From: a virus
Taxonomy: Duplodnaviria; Caudoviricetes
Length of the DNA: 60,479 nucleotides
IMG/VR virus record: IMGVR_UViG_3300031569_000005
Span: 1-60,479 of that record
Direction: 5' to 3' (one strand)
Shown here in pieces: positions 19,001-30,000 of the stretch. The position numbers and the translations under genes are program-made. Numbering within the stretch: position 1 is the first letter of the stretch; each line of letters starts with the position of its first letter. The notes below the pieces were generated by a model. It saw only the letters and a list, made by a program, of their open reading frames with translations, had not been told where the DNA came from and did not search any database.

Positions 19001-22000
19001 GCATCTAAATCAAATTCTGATCCTGCCGTAGAACTAAAGTTTGCTGATACTAATTTTCCGGTTGATATTCTGTCTCCGGATATATTGGTTGAACTTGGAG
19101 GACCGGTTGGCATATTAAATAATGCTGCCATATTATTAGCTGTCAATACAGAATTATATATTCTAAATTCTGATATATATCCGGAAAAATCATCTGTTGG
19201 AGCTCCACCGGGGGAGTCAAGTTCTCCACCAAGTATCATTTCATCACAATTTGCAAATTGAGAAGTATTCACATTGGCATTGGTAAAGTTTCCTTGCAAT
19301 TCGCCATCTACATATAATTTTGCTTGTGCCCCATTTTCAGCAACAATACCAACATGTCTCCAAGTGTTGGTAAATTCTTTACTTGATGTTGTTATTTCTC
19401 CGAGATTAACTGCATTTATCATAAGGTATACCTTATTATTGCCTCCATTGTAGTCAATAAAGAAAATATATTTATTTAGCGCGCTATTACCAGAAGCTTG
19501 ATGTATTCCAAATACTGCTTGGCTAGCGGTGGTAGTTTTCTTGATCCAAAATGCTATTGAAATATCCATATTTGCAGTTAAGTCTAATGCAACTTGATCT
19601 AGATGAATTACTGAGTCGGTTCCATCAAATTGAGCTGCTCCCGGGACTGGGCCAGCTGTTGTTCCAGTTACAAATGTTGTTCCACCACTTATACCATCAG
19701 CATCTGCATTACCATTTCTATTATTACCTGAAAAGTCTAGAACTCTGAAATAACCGGTATTAGCCCTTACCTGTCCAGCTAATGGAAAATATGCAAATAG
19801 ATTTGTATCATCGGGCAAATCATTTTCTAATGCAAAATCGCCTGGATTGGTTACTGTTATGTCTCCGTTAACCACTACATTACCGGCGCTGTTAACTGAG
19901 AAGTTATCAGAATTAATTTCTAATTTGCCAGCAGTATAATTAAATCTCATATAATGGCCGCCGGCATTACCAACTGCAAATCTTGCATTCGGCCCATCCA
20001 ATAAAATACCATTACCACTTGCATATGCATTAGTACCACCAATTTTCATAAGGCCGCCATCTAATTGCAATTCAGTACCTTGTCCAGTTGATAAATTATT
20101 TGATTTGATACTACCAGCTTTAATTGCATCACCACTTATTCTGGTCGAGCCTCCTCCATTGTTAATTTCTGTTACTCGTATATAATCAATTAATGTGGTT
20201 GCGACTTGGTTACTTAACCCAGCTATAAACACTGGAGCTAGATAACCATCCATGTTATTACTATGTGCTTTTGCAGGAGATGTAATATCTCGTGCTTCTC
20301 CGCCGGCATTGGACGAAGCCGTACCTTGCAGATACCCCTTCATTATTTTCCAGTCGTCTAATTCAGCTTTAGTTTCTCCGGAAGCTGCTATATAAAGTAC
20401 CGAGCTAAAAGTATCTGCACCGGTGGCATTTGACTTTGTAACACCATCTTTTCGATATCCAGAGAATCCAGCATAAAATAGTGGGTTGCCGTTAGCTTGA
20501 GGTACTTTAGCTCTAATTTCTACTTCATACAAAGATGTTTCATTGAATGGAATTAATTGATTACTAGTACACCACAAATAATCGCTGCCATTATTAGATC
20601 CTACTTGTAAATAGCCTCCTGTAAATTGTCCTGCGTAATCTGTTTTAACAGCTGTATCAGCTAAACCGGTTGCAATATAAGGAAAAAATCCAATGCCGGT
20701 ACCATCTGTTTTTGGTGCATCTGGCTGACTCACAACTGTATTTGAATTGTTTGTATATGCACTCCAATCTTCAAAAAATACCACATTACCTGCTCTTGGC
20801 AATCCTTGAAAATCAACATCTCCTGATATTGTGATATTACCATTAGATCCACTTATGAATTGTGAATTTGTACTACCTAAGAAAAATTTATCAACATCGA
20901 CCCTAGCATTAGATCCACTTATTAATAATGATTTATCTCCATTATTCCATGCAAAATATCCTCCGGATGGAGTTGACGAGCCACTTGCACCGCCTCCTAG
21001 ATAAAAACTTCCTCCAGCATCTAAGAATGATGTAAAATCTCCTAATGTAGCATTTCTATATGGAGCATCTCCTGCACTAATAGGTCCATGAAAACCAAAT
21101 ACATTGGATGTCATTAATAAACCTGAAGATAATCCGCCTTCTGTATTAATTTGTGATAATGATCCAGATAGAAAACTAAAACTAGGTCCTGTTGCTCCTG
21201 CTGCTCCTGCTGCTCCCGGTTGACCTGCAGCGCCGGCGTCAGCTCTACTAAATGAATATGTCTTTGTAAGTGTAGCACCTCCCTGCGCATTATCAATAAT
21301 TGTAATTACAGCTGTTCCAGTATCTGCAGATACTCCAGTAGGGATAAACTTTCTTTGATTGCTTACTATATTATTTGATAATGTAATACCTGTTTGTGTT
21401 TTTGATGTTCTGTAAGTGTTAGTACCATATGGTGCTGAAGCGTCTAATGTGTATTGAGTAGTTCCTTTGAATACTCTAACCTCAGTTGCGCCGGCTGCCA
21501 AATCATTACTACTTACATTTCCACTGGCATCGGCCGGGAATGTATGAGATTCATTTGTTAAGAATACGGTATATGCATCTGCCCCTGCCGCTCCTGGAGC
21601 TCCAGCTGTTCCATCAGTTCCGGAAGATCCTCCTTGAACTTTAAATATTGTTGTAGAATCTGTTAATCCATCTTTAGTAACACTTATTGTTAACGGTAAA
21701 TTTGTTTTTTGGCCTTGAAGGCCACCATCTGTTGTTTCTGCACCATATGATAACGACCCAGACGATATACCACTATATAAATTATTTGATACAGTTACAC
21801 TTCCAGATGCAACCTTGAATCCAGTAATTGTAGTACTTCCGGAAATAATTGTAATATCACTAGGAGTTATTACACCACTTAAATTTTGTTGTGCTATATT
21901 AACTGTTATAGCTGTAGGCGATGCTACATTTGACGATGCTGATGCAAATGAAAATATCTGAGAATCTGTAGTTAATATTAATGATTTTGCAGTATTTGAA

Positions 22001-25000
22001 GCAGTTGCCTCATTTATCGCATCTTGAACATTTTCGCCCGATTCTAATCTTAATTGTCCTCTAACTACTAATGCAGACCCATCCCATGTTAATTTATTAC
22101 CTAATGAAAAATTAGATCCAGAATCAACATAAAATCCAGTATTGGAATTGGCATGAACTCCATTTCCGATAAACAATTTACTAGACTCCATTTTTATGCC
22201 GGCAATAGAACCTGTATTAGCTATTATACCTCCTTGAAGAAATACATTGGTAGTTGCTAATCCAAATCCTGGAGAAGAACTTCCAAATACATATTTTGAA
22301 TTTGCTAATCCTTTAAGGTCTCCTAATCTTACTTTCAAGTCTACATCATAAACTCCAGATCCGGTTCTTTCAACTATATCCATATATGGAGTTGCTTGGT
22401 TGTTTGGATTTGCATTTAATCTAATATATCCCGTACCTATTTTCCCTGTTGATACAATAACTTGAGATCCACTATAAGATTGTGCACCACCTGGAGTGTC
22501 TCCTAATGATGCTGATGGCCCGACTGGGAATGAATCTCCATATCCTCTAGTAAGGAATAATTCTCCTGAAAGATCTGTTTCGCTTCCTTGGTTATTTCTA
22601 GATGCAGATATTACTTTTACATATTCAGTACTAAATCCAGTATTAGATACTTTCTTTAAAGATAAAATTTCATCTGTAGAAAATCCTGAAACATTAACAA
22701 CTGACATTGTTGCATCTGTAGCAAAATAATTTCCTGATGGTCTAGCAGCTGATGATGTTAATGCTGTGGAATTTGCTACATATAATTGACCACCAACCGC
22801 ATTAACTGTTTCTTTTTCAAATACTGCAGTTGATAATGTTCCTCTAATTTTTGCATTTTCAAATTCAGCAAATCCATTAAAGTCTGCGGATATTTTCCAT
22901 CCTTTCAAATCAGATGCATAATCTGATGTTTGTATACTTCCTGCCGAATCTATTACTATATTACTACCGGTAATTTTAGTAGAACTTATACCAAAGCCTC
23001 CTATAACTCCTTCGGTAGCTTTTAATCGACCAGCTAAATCGACGTTGAATGGCGCATCTGCAAACGTTGCATGTCCAAGTTGAATTCCCTCATCCCCATC
23101 TGCAATAAAAATGCTATTGCCAGATCCTAAAGTTATTCTTTTACCGGACGGATTCAATTCAAAATTAGTTGCTGTAAGTGTATTTGCGCCTAATGTAAAT
23201 CCGCCTATTGTTCCCGATGTGGCTTTTAATACACCGGCATTAGTTACACTAAATGGAGCACTTGAAAATGTTTCATTACCCATCTGAATTCCGGTCTGTG
23301 GAATTAATGCTATAAAGGTATTGCCTGAACCGCCACTTAATTGACCCGGTGTCATTGTAAAGCCGCCTATTTTACCACCAATAAATAATGCTTTAGATCC
23401 AGTTACTTGGCCACTAGCTTTTAATATTAAGTCATTGGTAGTAGAATTGATTTGTGTACTTGATAATTGGAATCCTCCAATTGTTCCCCCATCAAACTGT
23501 ACTTTTGATCCTGTTACTTGGCCAGATGCTTTTAATCTTAGATTATGTACATTTCCATCTAATGGAGATTTAATTTCTTCTGTGTTAACTACAAATCCTG
23601 CTATAGATGCAGATGCAAATTTTGCAAACCCGAATTGATCTATGGAAGATGATGCATTTGCTTGAGTGGATGCCTGGCCATTAATTAATGCTGGCGTAAA
23701 TATTTGATTTGCTGTTACTGAACCTTCTATTACTACTCCGCCAGTAATTCTTCCACCTGATAATAAAACTTTTGATCCTGTTATTTCTCCCGTATCCTTT
23801 AAAACTAAACTTGCTAAATCACTTGATTTAATTGCTGCACTATCTATTGTAAATCCAGCAATTTTTGAAGTTCCATTACCATCTAATTCAACAGCGTAAT
23901 TTCCAGATCCATCTCCAGAGAATCCAGCTGTGCCTGAACTAGATATAAATGATCTTGCATTGGCTTTAGTTGTTCCGGCTGGTGTAAATATTTCGTCTAC
24001 AGACAGATCTCCTTTTACAACTAAATTAGTGCCATCATATTGCACATATTGATTAGTTGCTTTATCACCAAACAATACTTTGGAAGCTGATATCTGTCCG
24101 CTCGACTTAAGTTGAACTGCTCCGGTACTGGATTTTATAGTAGTTGTATCAATTTCAAATCCTGCAATCTTTGATGTTCCGTTTCCATTTAATTCAACAG
24201 CATAATTTCCAGCTGTGTCTCCAGAAAATCCCGCTTCGCCCGAACTAGATATATATGATCTTGCATTGGCTTTAGTTGTTCCAGCTGGAGTAAATAATTG
24301 ATTTACGGATAGGTCTGCATTTATTATAGCATCTGCGCCAATTATTAATTTATTCTCTTGGGGATCTAAATGAAATATAGATGAACTAATTTCTATATTT
24401 CCTCCTGAACCACTTATAAATTGTGTATTAGTTGTTCCTATAAAAAACTTTTCTGCTTTTATATCAACAGATCCACCGTTTTGTGTTGTAAATATAAAAT
24501 GACTATTATCATTATCTCCAACCAATTGCATTCCAACGCCTTCATAAGTATCAACGCCTAAAGTCATGCTATTAGATCCGGAGTAAATTAAGAATCCACC
24601 AGGTGATGTTCCGGTTTTAGTATTTGTAAATCCATCATATCCTATAGATCTAATAAATCCGGAGCTAACTCCCGCTAATTCTATTCCAGAGTTAATAGTA
24701 TTACCTATATAAACAGATCCTGTTAATAAGTTATCAGTACCTTCAATATATGTATTATCACCATCAAATACTGCTCCATATGCAAATGTTTCTAAATCTG
24801 CTTTACTGCCTACAGTATCAAAATATAAAAATTTAAATGTTAACGGAGTATTCATGTGCTCAGTCGGAATACGTTTTGCAACTCTTACATAGTTTGGACT
24901 AAATCCCGTTTCTTTATCTGCTAATATTTGTATATCAGAAATAATAAATCTACCCATACGAGTTACAAATTTCAAATCTAATGGGTCATTTGTGTTAGAT

Positions 25001-27051
25001 GTAAATTGAAATTGTACATTTGTAATTATGCTAGGCGTCGTATCTGTAAATATAGTTCCTATACGTGATCCTAGAGGGCCTTGATCTCTGTAAATATTAG
25101 TTAATGTATTTTTCCATAACGGATGAATAGATGGATTGCCTATTAGTATTTCTGAAATTGGACTATCTTGTGTTATATCGCCATTAACATATATATCTAG
25201 CCTAGGAGTTTTTAGTCTAGGATCTCTTGCAGAATATAATCCGATATCCGGATGGGTTGCAATTTTAAATGATACAACGTATGTTGTATCTGTATAAAGA
25301 TTGGGTCTATATTCAGGTATTATTTCAAGTGCTGCTCCTGAGTTATTAAAAGCTGTATATTGGTTAGTGACAGTACTAGACCAATTTACATCCATATCTA
25401 TACCACCCATTAATGTATCAGTGTCATATCTTGGCGTTATTGATGCAATTCTAGGGTTTAGAGTAGATGGACTTTTTTTACTGGCAGACCAATAATTGTT
25501 AATTTCTTCTAAAGATTCTAATGTTCCAAAATTTTCATAAAATGAGCCGACAACAACATTTGTTTCAAATGCATTTTCGTCAATTAATATGTTTTGCTGT
25601 TCTAATATAGTATCTCCAAGATCTTGAAAATCTCCAAATTGTCCGGATGGTTTATATAATGTTTTAACTCTATATACATCTCCTGTTTTTGGTTCTGTAT
25701 CTGCAATAATAATATCAGCAAAACTAGATGAATTTTCGGTAAAAATTACTTCAGAAGGTTTTATAAAACTTGCGGTAACATTTGTTGCTGTAAATGAAGT
25801 AATAACTAATGTTGTTGACTGAAACACTTTAGATGTAGCAGTTTCGTTCGATACTCTGCTATCACTACTTGGATTCGGTGCTTTAGAATTAGCTATTAGT
25901 ATCGGTACTTGAAATGCTCCAAATGTATTTTCTGCATCATGTTTAAATCCAGATATTTGAGATAGCTTTCCACTCGTGGAGCTAAGCACAGTTCGGAGAT
26001 TAAATACATATGAGCCACTTAATTCAATATCAGCTGCCGAGCCAAGTTGTGCAACTGCTTCATTTTCTTGAGATCGTGGAAGTGCTCTGCCATGGACATC
26101 TGTTTTTGTTCCCGCAGGTGCTGATATTATCGGATGTACTACCTTGATATCAAATGTCTCCATTGATCTAGATAAAGGGAAGTTTGTAGTTCTAAATATC
26201 GACTCTCCGGATACTGTCACAACTGTATCGGATACTGTTGTTTTGCCCGCGGAAGAATCTAACTGACCTTTTACAGCATTTGTTCTTAGAACAGAGGTTC
26301 CAACAGATTTGTTCGGAGAATTTCTAGATGTCTGTCCTTGAGTCACTGGTGGATTCGACGGCCCGGCAACCGCGGCTGCTGCAGATGCTCCTCTTAATAC
26401 AGGCGCTTCTATTGCCGGTGCTGTTGTATTCGATACTGGTGACTGACTAGTTATTGTTACTGAACTATTAGAAGTAGATACTTCAGTAAAAACATTAAAT
26501 AATTCGAGTGGTTGTCTGTAAGGCTGAACAATTTCTGTTATGGTAACTGATGGCTGTTTTGTAAAAATAAGTTCAGTGGTATTTGTACTACTCGGCGATA
26601 CTATTACTTCTCGTTGCCATAATACATTAGGTATATTATAAAAGTTTGGATCTGCAGGATCGTTACTAAATGGTATTGATTGGCCGGGTCTGTAAACACC
26701 GGTTTCAATTATAGATCTTTCTAATCTTGCTGCAACATTAACTGTAGCAACTCCTGGACATGTTTCTGGATATATGTATACTGCAACAACTCTTGTTCCA
26801 TCTTTTTCTAAATAATTTAATGGTTCGTAGTATATTGGATCTCCATTATAATCTACAATATCTATATATACTTTACAGTTATCAACGAATCGAACATTCT
26901 GCATACGAATTTTAAATAAATTCTTGCCGGCTGTAAGTTTATCCGGAAAATCTACTATTCCAAATAACCTATTAGATGTGGGCGATCGATCAATATAATC
27001 GTATTCAAATTTTTCTAAATTAAATAATTCTGCTTTTTTACGTATCGACAC
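16078..27051 (-). CDS. Giant modular tail fibre / receptor-binding protein (3657 aa) with LamG/lectin-like inserts and C-terminal peptidase S74 chaperone
   Basis: GTG start with AGGAG SD; repeated SG.I(G/A)GF shaft units; LamG motif (AQFDG..ISIAFWIK..WRHVGIV..LYVDGEL..FSGYISEFRIYNSVL); C-terminal STRKSKQNI..LEPKYFEYK..LGFIAEE..coiled coil. Confidence 0.85.
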   Translation of the reverse strand: MSIRKKAELFNLEKFEYDYIDRSPTSNRLFGIVDFPDKLTAGKNLFKIRMQNVRFVDNCKVYIDIVDYNGDPIYYEPLNYLEKDGTRVVAVYIYPETCPGVATVNVAARLERSIIETGVYRPGQSIPFSNDPADPNFYNIPNVLWQREVIVSPSSTNTTELIFTKQPSVTITEIVQPYRQPLELFNVFTEVSTSNSSVTITSQSPVSNTTAPAIEAPVLRGASAAAAVAGPSNPPVTQGQTSRNSPNKSVGTSVLRTNAVKGQLDSSAGKTTVSDTVVTVSGESIFRTTNFPLSRSMETFDIKVVHPIISAPAGTKTDVHGRALPRSQENEAVAQLGSAADIELSGSYVFNLRTVLSSTSGKLSQISGFKHDAENTFGAFQVPILIANSKAPNPSSDSRVSNETATSKVFQSTTLVITSFTATNVTASFIKPSEVIFTENSSSFADIIIADTEPKTGDVYRVKTLYKPSGQFGDFQDLGDTILEQQNILIDENAFETNVVVGSFYENFGTLESLEEINNYWSASKKSPSTLNPRIASITPRYDTDTLMGGIDMDVNWSSTVTNQYTAFNNSGAALEIIPEYRPNLYTDTTYVVSFKIATHPDIGLYSARDPRLKTPRLDIYVNGDITQDSPISEILIGNPSIHPLWKNTLTNIYRDQGPLGSRIGTIFTDTTPSIITNVQFQFTSNTNDPLDLKFVTRMGRFIISDIQILADKETGFSPNYVRVAKRIPTEHMNTPLTFKFLYFDTVGSKADLETFAYGAVFDGDNTYIEGTDNLLTGSVYIGNTINSGIELAGVSSGFIRSIGYDGFTNTKTGTSPGGFLIYSGSNSMTLGVDTYEGVGMQLVGDNDNSHFIFTTQNGGSVDIKAEKFFIGTTNTQFISGSGGNIEISSSIFHLDPQENKLIIGADAIINADLSVNQLFTPAGTTKANARSYISSSGEAGFSGDTAGNYAVELNGNGTSKIAGFEIDTTTIKSSTGAVQLKSSGQISASKVLFGDKATNQYVQYDGTNLVVKGDLSVDEIFTPAGTTKANARSFISSSGTAGFSGDGSGNYAVELDGNGTSKIAGFTIDSAAIKSSDLASLVLKDTGEITGSKVLLSGGRITGGVVIEGSVTANQIFTPALINGQASTQANASSSIDQFGFAKFASASIAGFVVNTEEIKSPLDGNVHNLRLKASGQVTGSKVQFDGGTIGGFQLSSTQINSTTNDLILKASGQVTGSKALFIGGKIGGFTMTPGQLSGGSGNTFIALIPQTGIQMGNETFSSAPFSVTNAGVLKATSGTIGGFTLGANTLTATNFELNPSGKRITLGSGNSIFIADGDEGIQLGHATFADAPFNVDLAGRLKATEGVIGGFGISSTKITGSNIVIDSAGSIQTSDYASDLKGWKISADFNGFAEFENAKIRGTLSTAVFEKETVNAVGGQLYVANSTALTSSAARPSGNYFATDATMSVVNVSGFSTDEILSLKKVSNTGFSTEYVKVISASRNNQGSETDLSGELFLTRGYGDSFPVGPSASLGDTPGGAQSYSGSQVIVSTGKIGTGYIRLNANPNNQATPYMDIVERTGSGVYDVDLKVRLGDLKGLANSKYVFGSSSPGFGLATTNVFLQGGIIANTGSIAGIKMESSKLFIGNGVHANSNTGFYVDSGSNFSLGNKLTWDGSALVVRGQLRLESGENVQDAINEATASNTAKSLILTTDSQIFSFASASSNVASPTAITVNIAQQNLSGVITPSDITIISGSTTITGFKVASGSVTVSNNLYSGISSGSLSYGAETTDGGLQGQKTNLPLTISVTKDGLTDSTTIFKVQGGSSGTDGTAGAPGAAGADAYTVFLTNESHTFPADASGNVSSNDLAAGATEVRVFKGTTQYTLDASAPYGTNTYRTSKTQTGITLSNNIVSNQRKFIPTGVSADTGTAVITIIDNAQGGATLTKTYSFSRADAGAAGQPGAAGAAGATGPSFSFLSGSLSQINTEGGLSSGLLMTSNVFGFHGPISAGDAPYRNATLGDFTSFLDAGGSFYLGGGASGSSTPSGGYFAWNNGDKSLLISGSNARVDVDKFFLGSTNSQFISGSNGNITISGDVDFQGLPRAGNVVFFEDWSAYTNNSNTVVSQPDAPKTDGTGIGFFPYIATGLADTAVKTDYAGQFTGGYLQVGSNNGSDYLWCTSNQLIPFNETSLYEVEIRAKVPQANGNPLFYAGFSGYRKDGVTKSNATGADTFSSVLYIAASGETKAELDDWKIMKGYLQGTASSNAGGEARDITSPAKAHSNNMDGYLAPVFIAGLSNQVATTLIDYIRVTEINNGGGSTRISGDAIKAGSIKSNNLSTGQGTELQLDGGLMKIGGTNAYASGNGILLDGPNARFAVGNAGGHYMRFNYTAGKLEINSDNFSVNSAGNVVVNGDITVTNPGDFALENDLPDDTNLFAYFPLAGQVRANTGYFRVLDFSGNNRNGNADADGISGGTTFVTGTTAGPVPGAAQFDGTDSVIHLDQVALDLTANMDISIAFWIKKTTTASQAVFGIHQASGNSALNKYIFFIDYNGGNNKVYLMINAVNLGEITTSSKEFTNTWRHVGIVAENGAQAKLYVDGELQGNFTNANVNTSQFANCDEMILGGELDSPGGAPTDDFSGYISEFRIYNSVLTANNMAALFNMPTGPPSSTNISGDRISTGKLVSANFSSTAGSEFDLDAGTFKLGGGSSPKLSWNGTTLGMTGSLSITNPEDFASGQSFAYDFTGNGSQTLDTGVWTLNNTKQSATTTGMQFGQNAGSTNWNGGIISNVGLTKADGLTLIMDFEVMNTSTSGLTMYGFWLPGSPLYPNGAGMIYSHGAHLKFYYKNTSGTMAYVTIANSVLIVGDSWRFRVKALTDGGFEYAAYKNGDFTAPTYAGAVAGYASYPVLHLGASWYGMTGGNGYSNFKFKSWAVNGQPATTTISGNGISTGILESTNLTTSAGSQFNLNDGTFKLGGTDAPNTKLEWDGTTLAVKGQITVQGGYNSSAGELFGNPTGHVLASDGRPGGWKTVYAYPITSNLKSTDLGDGNGSIVELSNASVNTIGIGSHAFPIEVQQNYKIKLTLKATANDANGLYIRIYEYDSELTGIQDTISHNAGASEAGTVEDTRNTSAANYVGGGWTFDNGGAVTEENGPITTSYVNYNANYIPTATAKYFSIIVLKWSGIPASVKLYVKSMNVRKVSQGTTISGAGISTGAIQSVTLTNTVGTKMDLDAGLIKIGGNNAYTSTNGILMDGPAAKFAVGNLGGNYMRFNHTAGKLEINAGNFSVDSDGAVTATDITLSDYAKADYFIYNLIKIQSGNYTDYYQTYAVSGINYTRLVLDGSLGGEIAQSLRIEYAPQYPIGMMLTPYTTTNAYPGDAGHEVTIEGAVGNGILFACGVSSVSSGYSYGFWGDDDDWFNQLFETRTISSVQYGPSPVGSVGTSPGRVMSLRSGNRFKFVRSANDFRLLGVSSFDFRYGTARPSGLYNFYSGLQTTNGTINIGVDPNTPSAAGYALYITNTSDRAGTTTDDVFTTGKYFATGLANVAGNAYVRYSYASGQISYTTSTRKSKQNILTPSSSIYNDVLNLEPKYFEYKQSADDNQYLGFIAEEAASASAHFATYGPDMDWNDEGDHSDPVSDRMVPVDIDERAIIASLVGKIQDLENRLKALEDQ
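23860..24310 (-). repeat. Internal tandem duplication (306-nt / 102-aa period) in the giant fibre
   Basis: GATCTTGCATTGGCTTTAGTTGTTCC at 23951 and 24257; protein FTPAGTTKANARS.ISSSG.AGFSGD..GNYAVEL.GNGTSKIAGF.ID occurs twice. Confidence 0.9.
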
Positions 27052-27076
27052 TAGTGTCTCCTATATAATTCTTTTA

Positions 27077-27085
27077 TATAAATAT
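27077..27085 (-). promoter_or_regulatory. Putative late promoter ATATTTATA
   Basis: Motif copy upstream of the giant fibre, touching the upstream stop codon. Confidence 0.65.
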
Positions 27086-30000
27086 TACTCATAGTTGATT
27101 CTAGAGTATCCGTTAGACTTTTTGATTTCAATAAGTTTATCAACTACATCTCGCATGGTATCAATATGAGAAATACACATGATAAATCCAAATTGAGATT
27201 TTAAATAATCGAATAATAAATGTATATTGTTTATGTTCTCAGAGTCTAAGACTCCAAATCCTTCATCTATTGCTAAGAAATTTGGCCTAGGCAAACTAGT
27301 TATATTAATTAATGATGTTCTTATTGCTAATGATGCAATAAATTTCTCCATACCTGATGTTAATTCTAATGGCCAAAAATTGTCATCATCATATATAATA
27401 TATCCATTAATATTTTTGCCATCAGTTTTTAATATCATATTAAAATCCACAACTTGAGTTAATATATTGTTAACTTCAGTTTCTATTTGCGGTAATGCTT
27501 TTGATATCAATTTATAAGGAACGCCATCTCTTTTAATGGACTGTAAATAATATTCATATCCTTTATATTGTTTTTCTAATTCAGATAGTCTTTCAATTGA
27601 TTCAATTGACTGCCTTTTAGATTCCTCTGCAACTTGTATCTTACCTGTTATTGTTCTTAAATTAAATTCTAAATTGGATATTTGATCTGTCAAATCATCA
27701 CGTTCAGATATCACATCATTAATATCTCGTTGTTTTTGTAAATTAAATTTTATATCTGCTTCATGTTGTTTAGATTCATTTAATTTTTCTGTAGCTGATT
27801 CTATTAATGTGTCATATAATTCAATTTTCGAAAGACATGCATTTAAATTTTGTTGTTCACTATCACGTTGATTATTAATATATGTTATTGATGATTGAGT
27901 TTCGTTAATAACTTCTAAACTATCATACGCATGTGATTTCAATATAACTTCTTCATACTCTGATTTTTTTGATATGATTTCAAATAATGCATTTTCTAGT
28001 TGAGGTAATTCGTCTGCCGCTTTTTGTGTATCTTTGAGCCATGGATTTGCCATACAATATTCACAGTCTTTATCCCATTTATGATCATCTAATTTTGATA
28101 CCATACGTCTGGCATGAGTAATTTTTGTATTTATTATTCTAGACTTATTATCGAACTCATTAATCATTCTTGTATATGATTCTAATAATTCAATTTCTTT
28201 TTCTATAGCCAATTTATCATACGAATTTAATTCCAATTGTAATGAACCTAAGTTTGTATCATATTTTTTAATTATATTTAAATGATCATCTTGTAAAGAA
28301 TTAAATTCATTTAAGGAACTAGTTAGTTCATTAATTTTTATTTGGGCAGCTTCCGGTGTTAAAACATCATCAGATATAGTTTTTAGTTCTGACGTCAATG
28401 TTACAATAATATCATTTAAATCATTAAACATGTTGGTATGTTCCAACTTTTCTTGTTTCATACGATTATATGAAGGTGTAAGTTGATTTATAACTTTTTC
28501 TGATTCTGATAATGTTGTAGCATAATCATTACGTTTATATTCTCTAATTAATGCCGATGTATCTCTTATGTCTTCTGCTGCTATTTGATATTGCTTTTCA
28601 AATACATCGATATCTAAAAATTGAGTTAATAATTCTTTTCGTTCTCTTTGTGACTTATCAATAAATCCAGTATTATTGTTTTGTAATGATAATGCAGTTA
28701 ATATAAAATCGTCATACGAGCCAATATATTTTTTAATAATTTTATTGGTACTATCTCGTTGATCGCCATTTAATAAAATTTTATCACCATTATTGTCTAG
28801 TGTCCAGAAATTTACAATTACTTTTACATGGCCATTAGATTGTTTTTTGCCATCACGTTCTATATAATATTGCTTACCATCTAATTCAAAATTAAATTTA
28901 CAATAAAACATAGATTTTTTATTATTTAAGACGTGAGCTGCTTTTACTGTTCTAGAACATCTGTCAAAACAACAAAATGCCAATGAATCTAATAATGTTG
29001 ATTTACCACTTGCATTAGCTGCAAATACTCCGTTAACGCCATGTATATTTGTGAAATCTATTTTATTATCTTCTCCGTAACTAAACATATTAGAAAATTC
29101 AAAATACTTAGGAATCCATGTAACATTACGTGTCAATTCTGAATCTGTTAATTTGGAGTGAACGGTCCTATTAATATGACGTACGCAATCTAACATTGTT
29201 TCTGATAAAGCTTTGTTATCTACTAGATATTCCGTTATAACATTATTCTGCCATTCTACATCTCTAACATTTCCAAATGATATTTTTTGTGCATTTACAT
29301 CTTCGTTTAGTGTATGGACTTTCTGAACACTAATTTCTTGTACTTTATATTTAGTACGTATACTCGATATAACCTTTTTTAGTTGACTAGATGACGTACT
29401 TTTAACTTTTAGTCGTAACCTAGGTCGTTTCGGTATTTTATTAGACGGATTTAATATTTTACCATTTTCTATTTCAAATGTATAATATCCATAAAGATTT
29501 TTTATTTCTACAAATTTAGAAGTTAATGAAGGAATGTCCCATTCTAGTATTCCATGTAATAATCCCTCTCCATGGTTTTGTTGTATTAAACTGCCGGCAT
29601 ATGCTATAGTTTTTTCATCATTTAAAAATTGAGCTGGTTTATGAATATCACCTAATAATGTTAAATCATGTCCTTTAAATAAATCTGTTGTCACATGGTC
29701 ATTTGATATACGAAATCCTATATCTGTTACTGCAGAATTAACAGCTCCATGATGTAATGCAATCTTAATATCCCCTTCAAAATCAGAAGCTTTTATATAA
29801 TTTACAGGCTTTTCAAACACCGACATTACATTGAAGTGTATGTTCGAAATACAATATACATCATTGTCTTTAAGATAATGTAAGTCTGGGTGGTTTAAGG
29901 CTTTAACTATGGGAGACAAGGCATCTAAACGGTTAGAGTTATTTAAGTTACAATCGTGATTACCGGTGATCAATAATGTAGGTGCTAAATCTGCTAATTT

